Source: Ferruginibacter sp. (lineage in GTDB: Bacteria > Bacteroidota > Bacteroidia > Chitinophagales > Chitinophagaceae). From it: DNA of 64,000 nt. Position numbers and translations under genes: made by a program. Shown piece after piece: positions 29,837 through 39,869 of the stretch. The notes under the pieces are model-generated. The model did no database searches. It was not told the origin of the DNA and saw only the letters and a list, made by a program, of their open reading frames with translations. The stretch covers positions 3,895 to 67,894 of the forward strand of contig DAORIB010000002.1 of NCBI GenBank assembly GCA_035438265.1, in the 5' to 3' direction. How positions within the stretch are numbered: position 1 is the first letter of the stretch; each line of letters starts with the position of its first letter.

Positions 29837-31015
29837 ATGAGTTTATACACCAAACGAGGCGTTTCTGCCCAGAAAGAAGAAGTACATACTGCCGTAAAAC
29901 ACCTTGACCAGGGACTTTTCCCCAATGCATTCTGTAAAGTATATCCCGATTTCCTGGGAGGAGATGACCAGTTCGTAAACATCATGCATGCCGATGGCGC
30001 CGGAACCAAAAGTATCCTGGCTTACCTGTACTGGAAAGAAACCGGTGATATTTCTGTATGGAAAGGAATTGCACAGGATGCCATTGTGATGAACCTCGAT
30101 GATCTGCTGTGCGTAGGAGTGTACGACAATATTGTTTTCAATTCCACCATCGACCGCAATAAAAACCTGATACCCGGCAACGTGCTGCAGCAGGTGATCG
30201 GTGGCTCGCAGGAATTGTTTGATACCTTGAGGTCATTTGGTGTACACATTCATTACCTGGGTGGCGAAACCGCCGATGTGGGTGATGTGGTACGTACCGT
30301 GGCAGTAAATGGCACCATGACCTGCCGCTGGCCAAAGAATAAGATCATCAGCAATGAAAAGATAAAAGCGGGTGATGTGATTGTAGGATTTGCCAGCTAT
30401 GGACAGGCAACGTATGAAACAGCGTACAACAGCGGCATCGGCAGCAACGGGCTCACCAGCGCCCGCCACGACGTATTGGATAAGTTCTATGCCGAAAATT
30501 TTAAAGAGAGTTATGATAATGGCTTACAGGAGGAAGTAATATACATCGGTACACATAAATTATCAGACGCTGTTGAACCGCAAACATCAAACCATAAACG
30601 ACAAACCATCGGCGAGCTCATTCTATCCCCAACAAGAACCTATGCACCGGTGATGAAACAATTGCTCGAAAATCAGTTCGATAAGATCCATGGCCTGGTC
30701 CATTGCAGCGGCGGCGGGCAAACCAAGTGTATGAAATACCTGCCTGGTAATTTCAGGGTGATCAAAGATAACCTGTTTGAAGCGCCGGAAATATTCCGCA
30801 TTATTCAGCAGAACAGCGGCAGCAATAACAAAGAGATGTACGAAGTGTTCAACATGGGTTGCCGGCTGGAGATCTATTGCGAAGCTGCTGATGCTGCTGT
30901 CATGATCGATGCAGCCAGCCAGTTCGGGATAGATGCACAGGTGATCGGAAGGGTGGAGGCATCAGACAAGAAAGAACTGTTGATCAGGCTTGGCGGTGAA
31001 GAGATCCGGTATTGA
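29837..31015 (+). CDS. purM: Phosphoribosylformylglycinamidine cyclo-ligase (AIR synthase), Bacteroidota type
   Basis: HADGAGTKS, GGETADVGD, GSNGLTSARH, LSPTRTY, HCSGGGQTK, VFNMG. Confidence 0.9.
   Translation: MSLYTKRGVSAQKEEVHTAVKHLDQGLFPNAFCKVYPDFLGGDDQFVNIMHADGAGTKSILAYLYWKETGDISVWKGIAQDAIVMNLDDLLCVGVYDNIVFNSTIDRNKNLIPGNVLQQVIGGSQELFDTLRSFGVHIHYLGGETADVGDVVRTVAVNGTMTCRWPKNKIISNEKIKAGDVIVGFASYGQATYETAYNSGIGSNGLTSARHDVLDKFYAENFKESYDNGLQEEVIYIGTHKLSDAVEPQTSNHKRQTIGELILSPTRTYAPVMKQLLENQFDKIHGLVHCSGGGQTKCMKYLPGNFRVIKDNLFEAPEIFRIIQQNSGSNNKEMYEVFNMGCRLEIYCEAADAAVMIDAASQFGIDAQVIGRVEASDKKELLIRLGGEEIRY
30581..30608 (+). repeat. Heptanucleotide tandem repeat inside purM
   Basis: CAAACAT CAAACCA TAAACGA CAAACCA, read as QTSNHKRQT. 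Confidence 0.65.
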
Positions 31016-31086
31016 CAGGCAACAACATTTTTTCTCCTCCCGCTGATTTCTTTTGTTAACCAATTTCTTGCCGTATACATGCCGGT

Positions 31087-31115
31087 AAAAAAAGAAGGCC
31101 ACCTTCAGGTGGCCT
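31087..31115 (-). terminator. Rho-independent terminator after M56 gene
   Basis: AGGCCACC-ttca-GGTGGCCT with an A run on the plus-strand left side. Confidence 0.8.
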
Positions 31116-31143
31116 GTTGATGGCTTTACTTTAACTTATCTGT

Positions 31144-33576
31144 TTAATTTTCTGAAATCACAAAATTGATGGGCTGCTTGCGGTAGGCATTCACTTTTTT
31201 TCCGTTCTGTACAGCCGGCAGCCAGTTGGGTCCTTTCTGAATAACCTCGATGCAATGTTTGGCAGTTTTTGAACCTTTATAATTCTCGGTGGTTACATCA
31301 CTGATCTTTCCATCCGTGTGCACAATGAACTTTACAATAACGGTATACTTTCCCGCTTTCCAGCCTTCATCTACCGGAACTGCCGCATTCAGGTTCCTTC
31401 TAAGGTATTCTCTCCAGGCATTGATACCACCCGGGAAGGAAGGTTCCACTTCTACTTTGGTAAATACGGGTGTCGTCTGCTGTATTGCCAGGAGGTCTTT
31501 CTGCTCGGCCAGAAGTGCTTCATTTTCCCCTTTCATAAGCTGCAACTTATACTGTTGTGCTTTTTCCAGTGCCAGTTTCTGGTTCTGAAATTCAGTCTCC
31601 TGTATTTTTCTGCCTGCTACGGTTTTTGCCAGCAAATCCTTATCGGCCCTTAGTTTCTGCTCCTGTATCTGCTGGCCTGCCACCAGTCTTTCCTTTAAAT
31701 CATATGCCACCAGCAGCTGTTTTTCTTTAAGTTGTTTGTAATCCTGCTCCATTTTTAAATAGCTGGTACTGTCCATCTGGTATTTTGCGTCGAAATCGGT
31801 GGGGATCTTTCCGTTGACCGGGTCGGGCATGAATTTTACCCGGAATACCTGCTCAGACAGCATTACTTTCCTGTCATTCTGCACGGTGGCTACCCGGATG
31901 GTGGCAGTACCTGCCTGGGTTACATGAGCAATATACCGGCCGTTGCTGCCGCTGATGCTTCCGTTATCGATCATCACAATCAGCTGATCGCTGGGTATAT
32001 TGGGTACGGCAATGGTGAGTGGGTTATCCACCCCGATGTACAGCACATTCATTTTATCGAGTGCAATGGCAACCGGCACTTCTTTGTATGGTGAAGAGGC
32101 GTGTCCTTCCACCACCACTTCGGCAAGGGCAGATGGTTTTAATGAAACATTAATGATGGCGGTTTTTCCCTTTGCTTCTGCTATATCGTCGAGTTTTTCG
32201 CCTTTCAGAATGTTGATTGCCTCTATATCTGCAGGGGGAATTTTGTTCAGTTCATCGGGTGTGATGAGTTTTCCATCCACATAAATGAGGGTGGATTCCA
32301 GGTCGCCCCGGAGTTTTGTATCCGGACCGGTGAGGTTGATGGACTTTGTTTTTTCATCATAGGTAACCGCGTTGGCGGTAATGAAAACGGCGTCTTTCTG
32401 GGTGAGTTTGATGGCACCAAAACGTCCTTTATCGCCATAGGTCTTTACTGCTTCTGCCGGACCACAGATGCTGATACTGCTGAATTTTTCAGCACTTTTT
32501 TCCACGTAATTATTTCCCAGGTTGCCCACTTCCTTTGAGTCAACAATCACCAGGGCCTTGCTCATAAAATCATTACTTCTCAGGTAAGCGGAGTCTGCAT
32601 TTTTTACATTTACAAACATGCCATTTTTTCTAGCCGGAAAAGTATCCAGTTTGGACAGTCCGGTGGGAGAACCCTGCAGGTTGGCAGGCACAGGCTGTTT
32701 TGTTTTAAATGTGAATGCGGCAAAGACCAGCACGGCCAGCGGCAATACCATCACACGGCCCAGGTAATTTACTTTCGGGTTTTTGTTTTTCGATAGCATG
32801 AGCAAGCGTCTTTTTATGGGTGAATAGAAGAAATTATTCGCCAGTTCAAAACGGTGCTGAGGATAAGCGGCTTGCAGGATCATGGCAGCAAAATCGGCGG
32901 TGTCATTGTCCTCCACGGCCTTTTTATCGGCAATGAACTCATGAATCATATTCAGTTCCCTGCGGTAGATCCAGAAGAATGGATTGCACCAGCAAAAGAC
33001 CAGCACTGTGTTCACAAACAGTTTATCGTAGGTATGTTTTTCCTGGATATGTGCCACTTCATGCTTGAAGATCTGCCTGCCTGTATTGGTGTCTATGTCG
33101 ATGTTGCTGTTCCAGAAAATGAAGCGCAGGAAGGAGAAGGGAGTGCTGTTGTCGTCCGTATTTACAAATGATACATCATCCACCATCTGCACCGGAAACT
33201 TCCGCAGCAGCCGGGTGATGAGGTACAGTGTACGCATCATCACAAACAGAAAACCGGCGCACACCGACCAGTAAAGCGCCAGGTAAAAATCCTGCATTGT
33301 CCAGTTGCTGCTTCGGGCACTAACCACGATGCTGTTCATATAATCATCGCCGGCCGAAACAGCCTGCAGCACCCGTACTACCTGGTTTTGCGATGCATCC
33401 TGCTGCCAGAAGCCGATCTTAAACAGGGGCAGCATCAGGGAAAGTACCATGGCCGACAACAGGTAAAACCGGTTGTAGCCATGAAATATCTTATTGCGCA
33501 GGAACAGCCAGTAGTATCCCAGCAGGATACCGGAACAGATCATCACTTTAAGCATGTACCAGAAAAAGGGTAGCAT
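31144..33576 (-). CDS. BlaR1-like M56 metallopeptidase/anti-repressor with GldM-like and TonB C-terminal domains
   Basis: Four TM helices, FKHEVAH (HEXXH), KRRLLML; KMNVLYIGVDNPLTIAV; VEVEPSFPGG...WLPAVQNGKKVNAY. Confidence 0.85.
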   Translation of the reverse strand: MLPFFWYMLKVMICSGILLGYYWLFLRNKIFHGYNRFYLLSAMVLSLMLPLFKIGFWQQDASQNQVVRVLQAVSAGDDYMNSIVVSARSSNWTMQDFYLALYWSVCAGFLFVMMRTLYLITRLLRKFPVQMVDDVSFVNTDDNSTPFSFLRFIFWNSNIDIDTNTGRQIFKHEVAHIQEKHTYDKLFVNTVLVFCWCNPFFWIYRRELNMIHEFIADKKAVEDNDTADFAAMILQAAYPQHRFELANNFFYSPIKRRLLMLSKNKNPKVNYLGRVMVLPLAVLVFAAFTFKTKQPVPANLQGSPTGLSKLDTFPARKNGMFVNVKNADSAYLRSNDFMSKALVIVDSKEVGNLGNNYVEKSAEKFSSISICGPAEAVKTYGDKGRFGAIKLTQKDAVFITANAVTYDEKTKSINLTGPDTKLRGDLESTLIYVDGKLITPDELNKIPPADIEAINILKGEKLDDIAEAKGKTAIINVSLKPSALAEVVVEGHASSPYKEVPVAIALDKMNVLYIGVDNPLTIAVPNIPSDQLIVMIDNGSISGSNGRYIAHVTQAGTATIRVATVQNDRKVMLSEQVFRVKFMPDPVNGKIPTDFDAKYQMDSTSYLKMEQDYKQLKEKQLLVAYDLKERLVAGQQIQEQKLRADKDLLAKTVAGRKIQETEFQNQKLALEKAQQYKLQLMKGENEALLAEQKDLLAIQQTTPVFTKVEVEPSFPGGINAWREYLRRNLNAAVPVDEGWKAGKYTVIVKFIVHTDGKISDVTTENYKGSKTAKHCIEVIQKGPNWLPAVQNGKKVNAYRKQPINFVISEN

Positions 33577-33599
33577 AAGATCAGTTTTTTGAGTGGGTG

Positions 33600-33959
33600 T
33601 TATTTGTTCTTCCTGAGTTGTTTCAATAAAGTTTCCAGGTCGTCGATGCTGAGGTTATTCTCTTTCACCATAAAGGATACGGCATTGCTGAAAGATCCTT
33701 CAAAATATCCTTTCACCAGGCTCTTCATCGTTGTTTTGCTGTAGGCATCTTTGCTGATGAGCGGGTAGTACTGGTGCATCCTTCCAAACACGGTAATGCC
33801 TACAAATTCTTTTTCCACCAGTATCTTCAGAATGGTGGCAACCGTATTGTTGTGTGGCTTGGGTGAAGGAAGTTCATCAATAATCTCCCGAAGAAATGCT
33901 TTGTCCAGTTTCCAGATGGCCTGCATGATCTGTTCTTCGGCTTTGGTTAATGTCTTCAT
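33600..33959 (-). CDS. BlaI/MecI/CopY-family transcriptional repressor
   Basis: LTKAEEQIMQAIW, NTVATILKILVEKEFV, YYPLISKDAY, YFEGSF. Confidence 0.95.
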   Translation of the reverse strand: MKTLTKAEEQIMQAIWKLDKAFLREIIDELPSPKPHNNTVATILKILVEKEFVGITVFGRMHQYYPLISKDAYSKTTMKSLVKGYFEGSFSNAVSFMVKENNLSIDDLETLLKQLRKNK

Positions 33960-33994
33960 GTTTGAACTGTTTATGTGATTGCTTCCGTAAACAT

Positions 33995-34034
33995 AAAACT
34001 AATATTTTAGTTTTACAACTATTTTTTTAGTTGT
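33995..34034. promoter_or_regulatory. Two tandem palindromic operators (AACTA-N6-TAGTT) upstream of blaI-like gene
   Basis: AAAACTAATATTTTAGTTTT (33995-34014) immediately followed by ACAACTATTTTTTTAGTTGT (34015-34034). Confidence 0.75.
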
Positions 34035-34137
34035 TCACAGTTTTTAACAAATGGTGAAGAAATAATTTATTGGGGCAGAAGGGGTAAAGGTTAAATTTGC
34101 ACGAATTGGTAACGCAAAAAAAAACTCCTAATTATCC

Positions 34138-34827
34138 ATGTCTCAGTCGATCGTTGAATTAAAGCACGTAAATATCTACCAGAGCAACAGCCTTATTTTA
34201 AGTGATGTGAACATTTCGGTGGATAAAGGTGAGTTTGTTTACCTCGTAGGTAAAACAGGTACCGGCAAAAGCAGCCTGTTGAAGACGATGTATGGCGACC
34301 TTCAACTTACCGAGGGCGAGGGCTGGGTGGTGGGGCACGACCTTCGGAAACTGACCTGGAAGACGGTTCCCTTCCTGCGCCGTAACCTGGGCGTTGTTTT
34401 CCAGGATTTTCAATTGCTGACCGACCGTAATGTGAATGAGAACATGAAATTCGTGCTGAAAGCAACCGGCTGGAAGGATGAGAAACTGATGGATGAAAAG
34501 ATTGCCGATGTGCTGGAAAAAGTGGGACTGAAAACAAAAGGGTTTAAAATGCCGTTTGAATTAAGCGGCGGCGAACAGCAGCGCATGGATATTGCCCGGG
34601 CACTGCTTAATTCACCCCGTTTGATCCTGGCCGATGAGCCCACCGGAAACCTGGATCCCGAAACAAGCGACGAGATTATGAACCTGTTGTTCCATATCTG
34701 CCGCGATTACAATACCACCATCATTATGGCCACGCATGATTACCTCGTGATCAAAAAATTTCCGGCCCGGACCATTAAAACGGAAATGGGTAAGGTATGG
34801 GACAATGCTACCATAGAAATGTCATAA
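34138..34827 (+). CDS. ftsE: Cell division ATP-binding protein FtsE-like
   Basis: GKTGTGKS Walker [31 protein letters not shown]; no ftsX adjacent. Confidence 0.8.
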   Translation: MSQSIVELKHVNIYQSNSLILSDVNISVDKGEFVYLVGKTGTGKSSLLKTMYGDLQLTEGEGWVVGHDLRKLTWKTVPFLRRNLGVVFQDFQLLTDRNVNENMKFVLKATGWKDEKLMDEKIADVLEKVGLKTKGFKMPFELSGGEQQRMDIARALLNSPRLILADEPTGNLDPETSDEIMNLLFHICRDYNTTIIMATHDYLVIKKFPARTIKTEMGKVWDNATIEMS

Positions 34828-35932
34828 GTCTTTCGGCATTCTTCTCACTATTGTATTCAGTAAGCAGTAACTGCTGGCGTTCCTGCGCCAGGTGATCGGT
34901 GAATTCGTTTTCGTATAACGAGATTATTTTTTCCCGGAAATCTTCGGCAGATGCAGCCAGCTCACAATAACGCTCAAGATCAGTACCTGCCACTGAAGCT
35001 TTATTCACCAGGCAGAATCGGCCATTAAACAAGGCATTCAGCAGTTTTAGTTTTATACCGGTATTATTCAGGGAAGGAAGAACGTGTACCTGTGCTTTAC
35101 CGATCATGTCCTGCATTTCCTTATCGGATGGATTTGCCACCAGGCAGGTATGCGGATGATCATGTGCCAGTTTTGCCAATCGTTCCGAAGGGTTCTTCCC
35201 TGCAATTACAAAAGGAATGGATAACCGGCTGAATACTTCCTGTATCAGCCATATGGCGGCTTCTTCGTTTTCGTTTACCGAGAGATTACCGTGGTAAAGA
35301 CAAAAGCATCCCTTTCCCTCTTTGCCGGTTGAAAGGGTGTAGGGAAGGAAAACCGGCAGGTAATGAACATCGCCTGCGGAAAATTCCTTTTGATACAATT
35401 CCACATCCTGTTTACTCACCGCCAGGAATTTTGTTTTATGGGCAATCGCCCGTTCGTGGTTTTTCAGCAGACGGCTTTCATACAGGAAATACAACCGTTT
35501 CCAGAAACCGGCTTCCTGCCTTGCCAGTTGTTTGTAGTATTCAAACTCTGCATTGTGCAGGCATACGATCACTTTGCGTCTGTTCAGCCGTTCCCGGTGC
35601 AGGTAATACGTACAATGAATTCCTTCCAGCAGGATCGGGTGATCATCTTTTTCAAGATTCCTGATCAGTTCATTGTTTTTACGGCTGTTCACAATGAACG
35701 GAACGGTAAATGAAAAACCACTGACACTTTTATTACGCGTATAATAATTCACGCTGGCGCAGTATTTATTAAGTTCCTCCTGCGGAGGACGCCCTTGTGT
35801 AAAACAATGCAGGTGCACCAGCACCCCCCGTTTGTGTAAAGCCTTGAGCTTATAAAAAAGATCCACCACGCCGCCATAATCTGCCGGCCAGGGAACATCG
35901 TGGGTTACTATGTGAAGGTGTTTTTCGCTCAA
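34808..35932 (-). CDS. GT-B fold (GT4-like) glycosyltransferase
   Basis: DVPWPADYGGVVD, YHGNLSVNEN, TGIKLKLLNAL. Confidence 0.8.
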   Translation of the reverse strand: MSEKHLHIVTHDVPWPADYGGVVDLFYKLKALHKRGVLVHLHCFTQGRPPQEELNKYCASVNYYTRNKSVSGFSFTVPFIVNSRKNNELIRNLEKDDHPILLEGIHCTYYLHRERLNRRKVIVCLHNAEFEYYKQLARQEAGFWKRLYFLYESRLLKNHERAIAHKTKFLAVSKQDVELYQKEFSAGDVHYLPVFLPYTLSTGKEGKGCFCLYHGNLSVNENEEAAIWLIQEVFSRLSIPFVIAGKNPSERLAKLAHDHPHTCLVANPSDKEMQDMIGKAQVHVLPSLNNTGIKLKLLNALFNGRFCLVNKASVAGTDLERYCELAASAEDFREKIISLYENEFTDHLAQERQQLLLTEYNSEKNAERLMTFLW

Positions 35933-37068
35933 AACAGTTTTTTATAAAAATCCAGGAGTTTCGGCTCTTCATGCTGCCAGTTAAGCTGCTGCCTGGCGAT
36001 TAAACAATTTTGCTGCAACCGCTCATACTGTTGCCTGTTGTGCAGCAATTCATTCACCGCCCGGCTGATGCTTTCTTCGTGCAGGTCGTTCAGCAGCAAC
36101 GCCACTTCAAATTCATCATTGATCCGTTTGTATTCCGGGAAATTCATGGTTACCTGCGGCACTCCGTGCTGGATATAATCAAAGAATTTGTTGGCGAGCG
36201 AATAATATTGATTCAGGCCCCTGTTCTCCACCAGGTTCAGCCCGATACACGCCTGCTGTGTAATACGGTCCAGCTGATCCGGCAACACGTTTCCTTTCAC
36301 AAACACTTTGCCGGCCAGATTGTTTTCGGCGATCAGCTTTTTTGTCTGTTCCATAAAATTCCCGTCGCCATAAATATCCAGTGGGGCATCAATTGCTTTC
36401 ATTGCCGGAATAAGGTATTCAAATCCCCGGGCTTCATTTACGGCTCCCTGGTACAGGAGTCTTTTTTCCGCAAGTTGCGGCTTAGGCGGCAGTTCTTTCA
36501 AAGCAGGCATATTCCTTACCAGCTCATAATCTACGCCATAAAGTTTCTTAAATTCTTCCGCGATGCTTTGACTTACGGTGTATCCAAACCGGAAGCTGGG
36601 AACAAAGTTCTTCTCGATCCACTTCCATCCGGCATGCACCCGGGGCCGGCTGATCACTTCTTTTTGCTGCGAAAAATACTCATGGGCATCGTACACCCTT
36701 ATTCCGCCCCGGATTTTGCTGGTGAGCCATACCGGTAACATGGTATCCAGGTCGATGCAGCACCGGGCATCTGCCTTACGGAAAAGCAGGTAAAAAAAGA
36801 GGCGGATATTGTATTCCGCATAAAAACCAGGTCCGGTTGTAAAGAAGCACCCCAGTCTTTTTTGCCGGTAAGTACGTTGCATCAGGGGAGAAGACCGGGG
36901 CTTTTCAACGCCCACCAATTCAACCTGGTAGCCGGCTGTAGCCAGGCTACTGCAGATCCGGATCATGCGCTGGTCGTGATTGAGGTCGTTGGTCACCGTA
37001 AATATGATCTTTTTCAAGTCACCCTGTTTTTGGAGATTGGCTGCTAAAGGCTGTTTTTCAGGAGCCAT
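35929..37068 (-). CDS. GT-B fold (GT4-like) glycosyltransferase
   Basis: [45 protein letters not shown]. Confidence 0.85.
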   Translation of the reverse strand: MAPEKQPLAANLQKQGDLKKIIFTVTNDLNHDQRMIRICSSLATAGYQVELVGVEKPRSSPLMQRTYRQKRLGCFFTTGPGFYAEYNIRLFFYLLFRKADARCCIDLDTMLPVWLTSKIRGGIRVYDAHEYFSQQKEVISRPRVHAGWKWIEKNFVPSFRFGYTVSQSIAEEFKKLYGVDYELVRNMPALKELPPKPQLAEKRLLYQGAVNEARGFEYLIPAMKAIDAPLDIYGDGNFMEQTKKLIAENNLAGKVFVKGNVLPDQLDRITQQACIGLNLVENRGLNQYYSLANKFFDYIQHGVPQVTMNFPEYKRINDEFEVALLLNDLHEESISRAVNELLHNRQQYERLQQNCLIARQQLNWQHEEPKLLDFYKKLF

Positions 37069-37174
37069 TATCCTGGTGAAGACCCGGCGACCCCGGTACC
37101 GGAGACCCGGTCTTTACAGGGGCAATATTCAAAAAAAATCCCCATTCTTCCGCCTGAAAACCAATATTTCTATG

Positions 37175-37182
37175 TACTTTTG
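37175..37182 (+). promoter_or_regulatory. Bacteroidota -7 promoter element (rpsO-pnp)
   Basis: TACTTTTG, about 50 nt upstream of the rpsO start. Confidence 0.65.
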
Positions 37183-37231
37183 CGCCGATAAAAAAAAGAA
37201 ACATAACAAAGACGTTATTAAAAAAACAACG

Positions 37232-37504
37232 ATGCCTTATTTAACAATCGAAAAAAAAGCAGACATTTTCACCAGTTTTGGTGCAAAAGCTACCAACACG
37301 GGGTCGATCGAAGGACAGATCGCCTTACTGACCGAAAGGATCAATCACATTTCTGATCACCTGAAGTCAAACAAAAAAGACTTCTCTTCTCAAAGAGGTC
37401 TGATGAAAATGGTAGGACAGCGCAAGCGTTTACTCACTTATCTCAGCAAGCACGACCTGACCGGGTACAGGGCATTGATCGAGAAATTAGGTCTGCGTAA
37501 ATAA
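37232..37504 (+). CDS. rpsO: 30S ribosomal protein S15
   Basis: [38 protein letters not shown]; start MPYL at 37232. Confidence 0.97.
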   Translation: MPYLTIEKKADIFTSFGAKATNTGSIEGQIALLTERINHISDHLKSNKKDFSSQRGLMKMVGQRKRLLTYLSKHDLTGYRALIEKLGLRK

Positions 37505-37529
37505 ACTATTCCAACATGTAATACGAATG

Positions 37530-37572
37530 ATTCCCAACTACGTTTAACCCGGTTGGGAATTCTTCTTTTTAA
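37530..37572 (+). terminator. Terminator/attenuator between rpsO and pnp
   Basis: ATTCCCAAC-N13-GTTGGGAAT then TCTTCTTTTT. Confidence 0.7.
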
Positions 37573-37651
37573 ACAAGATTTGCTTTTGCCTGTTTACGAC
37601 CCGTCAGCGGCCTGCTGCAGCCTGAGTAAAGCATAAACTTCAACATTTACT

Positions 37652-39805
37652 ATGTCATTTTTAAAACCTCAATCAGTAACATTTGATATAGGTGGTGGCC
37701 GCATGGTTACCATCGAAACCGGCAAATTGGCCCGCCAGGCCGATGGCGCCGTAACCGTTCGCCAGGGAAACTGTATCATCCTGGCAACCGTGGTAGCCAA
37801 CAAAGAACCAACAGAAGGACAGAGCTTCTTCCCGTTATCAGTGGACTACCAGGAGAAATTTGCCTCTGCCGGCCGTGTACCGGGGTCTTTCTTTAAAAGA
37901 GAAGCAAGGCTGAACGACTACGAGATCCTCACCAGCCGGTTGATCGACCGTGCCCTGAGGCCGTTATTCCCGGAAGATTATTTCTGCGACGTGCAGGTAT
38001 TGGTTACCCTCATCTCTTCGGATGATGAAGTATTACCGGATTCAATGGCTTGCCTGGCTGCTTCTGCTGCGCTGGCAGTATCTGATATTCCCATCCAGGA
38101 GATCATTTCGGAAGTACGTATCGGTCGGGTGAACGGCGAGATGATCGTTAACCCCACCCGGGCCCAACTGGAAGCTTCCGACCTTGAATTCATCATCGCC
38201 GCCACCAGCAAAAACATCATGATGGTGGAAGGAGAGAGCAAGGAATGCCAGGAAGAAGACCTGGTGAAAGCACTGGAAATTGCACACGATGCCATCCGCA
38301 TACAGGTGAAAGCCCAGGAAGAATTAAGGGCCAAACTGGGTATCACGGCAAAACGTGAATACACCAAGCCTTACCGCAACGAAGAACTCAATCAAAAGAT
38401 AATTGGTTTTGCAAAAGATAAAATGCATGCTATTTCTGCTTCCGCATCTGCCAAGCATGAAAGGAGTGCTGCTTTCGACGCACTGAAGGAAGAAGTGAAA
38501 ACCTTCCTGGGTGAAGAATTGCCCGATGAAGACAAAGCGCTCATCGGTCATTATTTCGGTGAACTGCAATATTACGTAGTACGGGATATGATCCTCGATG
38601 AAAGAAAACGCCTTGACGGCCGTGGTACCGAAGACATCCGCCAACTGGCGATGGAAACAGATATCCTGCCAACTCCGCACGGATCCGCTTTGTTTACACG
38701 CGGTGAAACACAATCGCTTACAACCGTTACTTTAGGAACTCCTTTAGATGAATTACTGGTTGAAAGCGCTTTCAAATCTGATTATTCAAAATTCATCCTG
38801 CACTATAATTTCCCGCCATTTTCAACCGGTGAGGTTAAGATGATGAGGGGCGTTGGCCGACGGGAAGTTGGTCATGGTAACCTCGCCATGCGTTCATTAA
38901 AACAAATGATGCCGGGCAGCGATTACGCTTATACCGTACGGGTGGTAAGTGATATCCTGGAAAGTAATGGTTCATCTTCGATGGCTACTGTTTGTGCCGG
39001 TTCACTGGCATTGATGGATGCCGGTGTACCATTGAAAAAGCACGTAAGCGGTGTGGCCATGGGATTGATCAAGAAAGACGACAAATTTGCGATCCTTACC
39101 GATATCCTGGGCGATGAAGATCACCTGGGTGATATGGATTTTAAAGTAACCGGAACCCGTGACGGTATCTGCGGCGTACAAATGGATATTAAAGTGGATG
39201 GTCTGAGCATGGACATTATGCGCCAGGCTCTGGCACAGGCCAAGAAAGGCCGTATGCACATCCTTGATGCCATGTATGCATGCACCGAAGCGCCACGGCC
39301 GGATGTGAAACCGCATGCACCACGCATGGTGAAAATTTCGATCGATAAGGAATTCATCGGTGCCGTAATCGGACCTGGTGGTAAAGTAATCCAGGAGATC
39401 CAGCGTGAAACCGGAACCACCATCAATATTGAAGAAATTGATAACCGCGGTGAGGTAAGCATCTTCTCCAAAGAGAAAGAAGGCCTGGATAAGGCCCTGG
39501 CCTGGATCAACGGGCTGGTTGCCGTACCGGTTGTAGGCGAAACCTACGAAGGAACGGTGAAGAGCATCAAAGAATTCGGTGCATTTGTTGAATTCCTGCC
39601 GAAGAAAGAAGGCTTACTGCATATCAGCGAAATAAGCTGGAAGCGCTTGGAAACCATGAATGGGGTGTTTAAAGAAGGCGATAAAGTGAAAGTAAAACTG
39701 CTGGATGTTGATCCGAAGACCGGCAAGTTCAAGTTGAGCCGCAAAGTGCTTTTACCAAAACCCGAGCAGCAGCCCAGGCCACAGCAACAGGAAGGTAAGG
39801 CATAA
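37652..39805 (+). CDS. pnp: Polyribonucleotide nucleotidyltransferase
   Basis: ETGKLARQADGAV, RRLDGR, ESNGSSSMA, LGDMDFKV, KH and S1 domains. Confidence 0.98.
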   Translation: MSFLKPQSVTFDIGGGRMVTIETGKLARQADGAVTVRQGNCIILATVVANKEPTEGQSFFPLSVDYQEKFASAGRVPGSFFKREARLNDYEILTSRLIDRALRPLFPEDYFCDVQVLVTLISSDDEVLPDSMACLAASAALAVSDIPIQEIISEVRIGRVNGEMIVNPTRAQLEASDLEFIIAATSKNIMMVEGESKECQEEDLVKALEIAHDAIRIQVKAQEELRAKLGITAKREYTKPYRNEELNQKIIGFAKDKMHAISASASAKHERSAAFDALKEEVKTFLGEELPDEDKALIGHYFGELQYYVVRDMILDERKRLDGRGTEDIRQLAMETDILPTPHGSALFTRGETQSLTTVTLGTPLDELLVESAFKSDYSKFILHYNFPPFSTGEVKMMRGVGRREVGHGNLAMRSLKQMMPGSDYAYTVRVVSDILESNGSSSMATVCAGSLALMDAGVPLKKHVSGVAMGLIKKDDKFAILTDILGDEDHLGDMDFKVTGTRDGICGVQMDIKVDGLSMDIMRQALAQAKKGRMHILDAMYACTEAPRPDVKPHAPRMVKISIDKEFIGAVIGPGGKVIQEIQRETGTTINIEEIDNRGEVSIFSKEKEGLDKALAWINGLVAVPVVGETYEGTVKSIKEFGAFVEFLPKKEGLLHISEISWKRLETMNGVFKEGDKVKVKLLDVDPKTGKFKLSRKVLLPKPEQQPRPQQQEGKA

Positions 39806-39824
39806 TCTTATATGAAAAATGGTG

Positions 39825-39858
39825 TAACCGGCAGCAATAAAACTGCCGGTTATTTTTT
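39825..39858 (+). terminator. Rho-independent terminator after pnp
   Basis: TAACCGGCAG-caataaaa-CTGCCGGTTA followed by T6. Confidence 0.85.
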
Positions 39859-39869
39859 CTGCAAAACTC

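Noticed and set aside
37079-37113. GACCCGG-like GC-rich repeats upstream of the glycosyltransferase pair
   Set aside because: Only three irregular units with no second copy noticed; too weak to call a REP or regulatory element.
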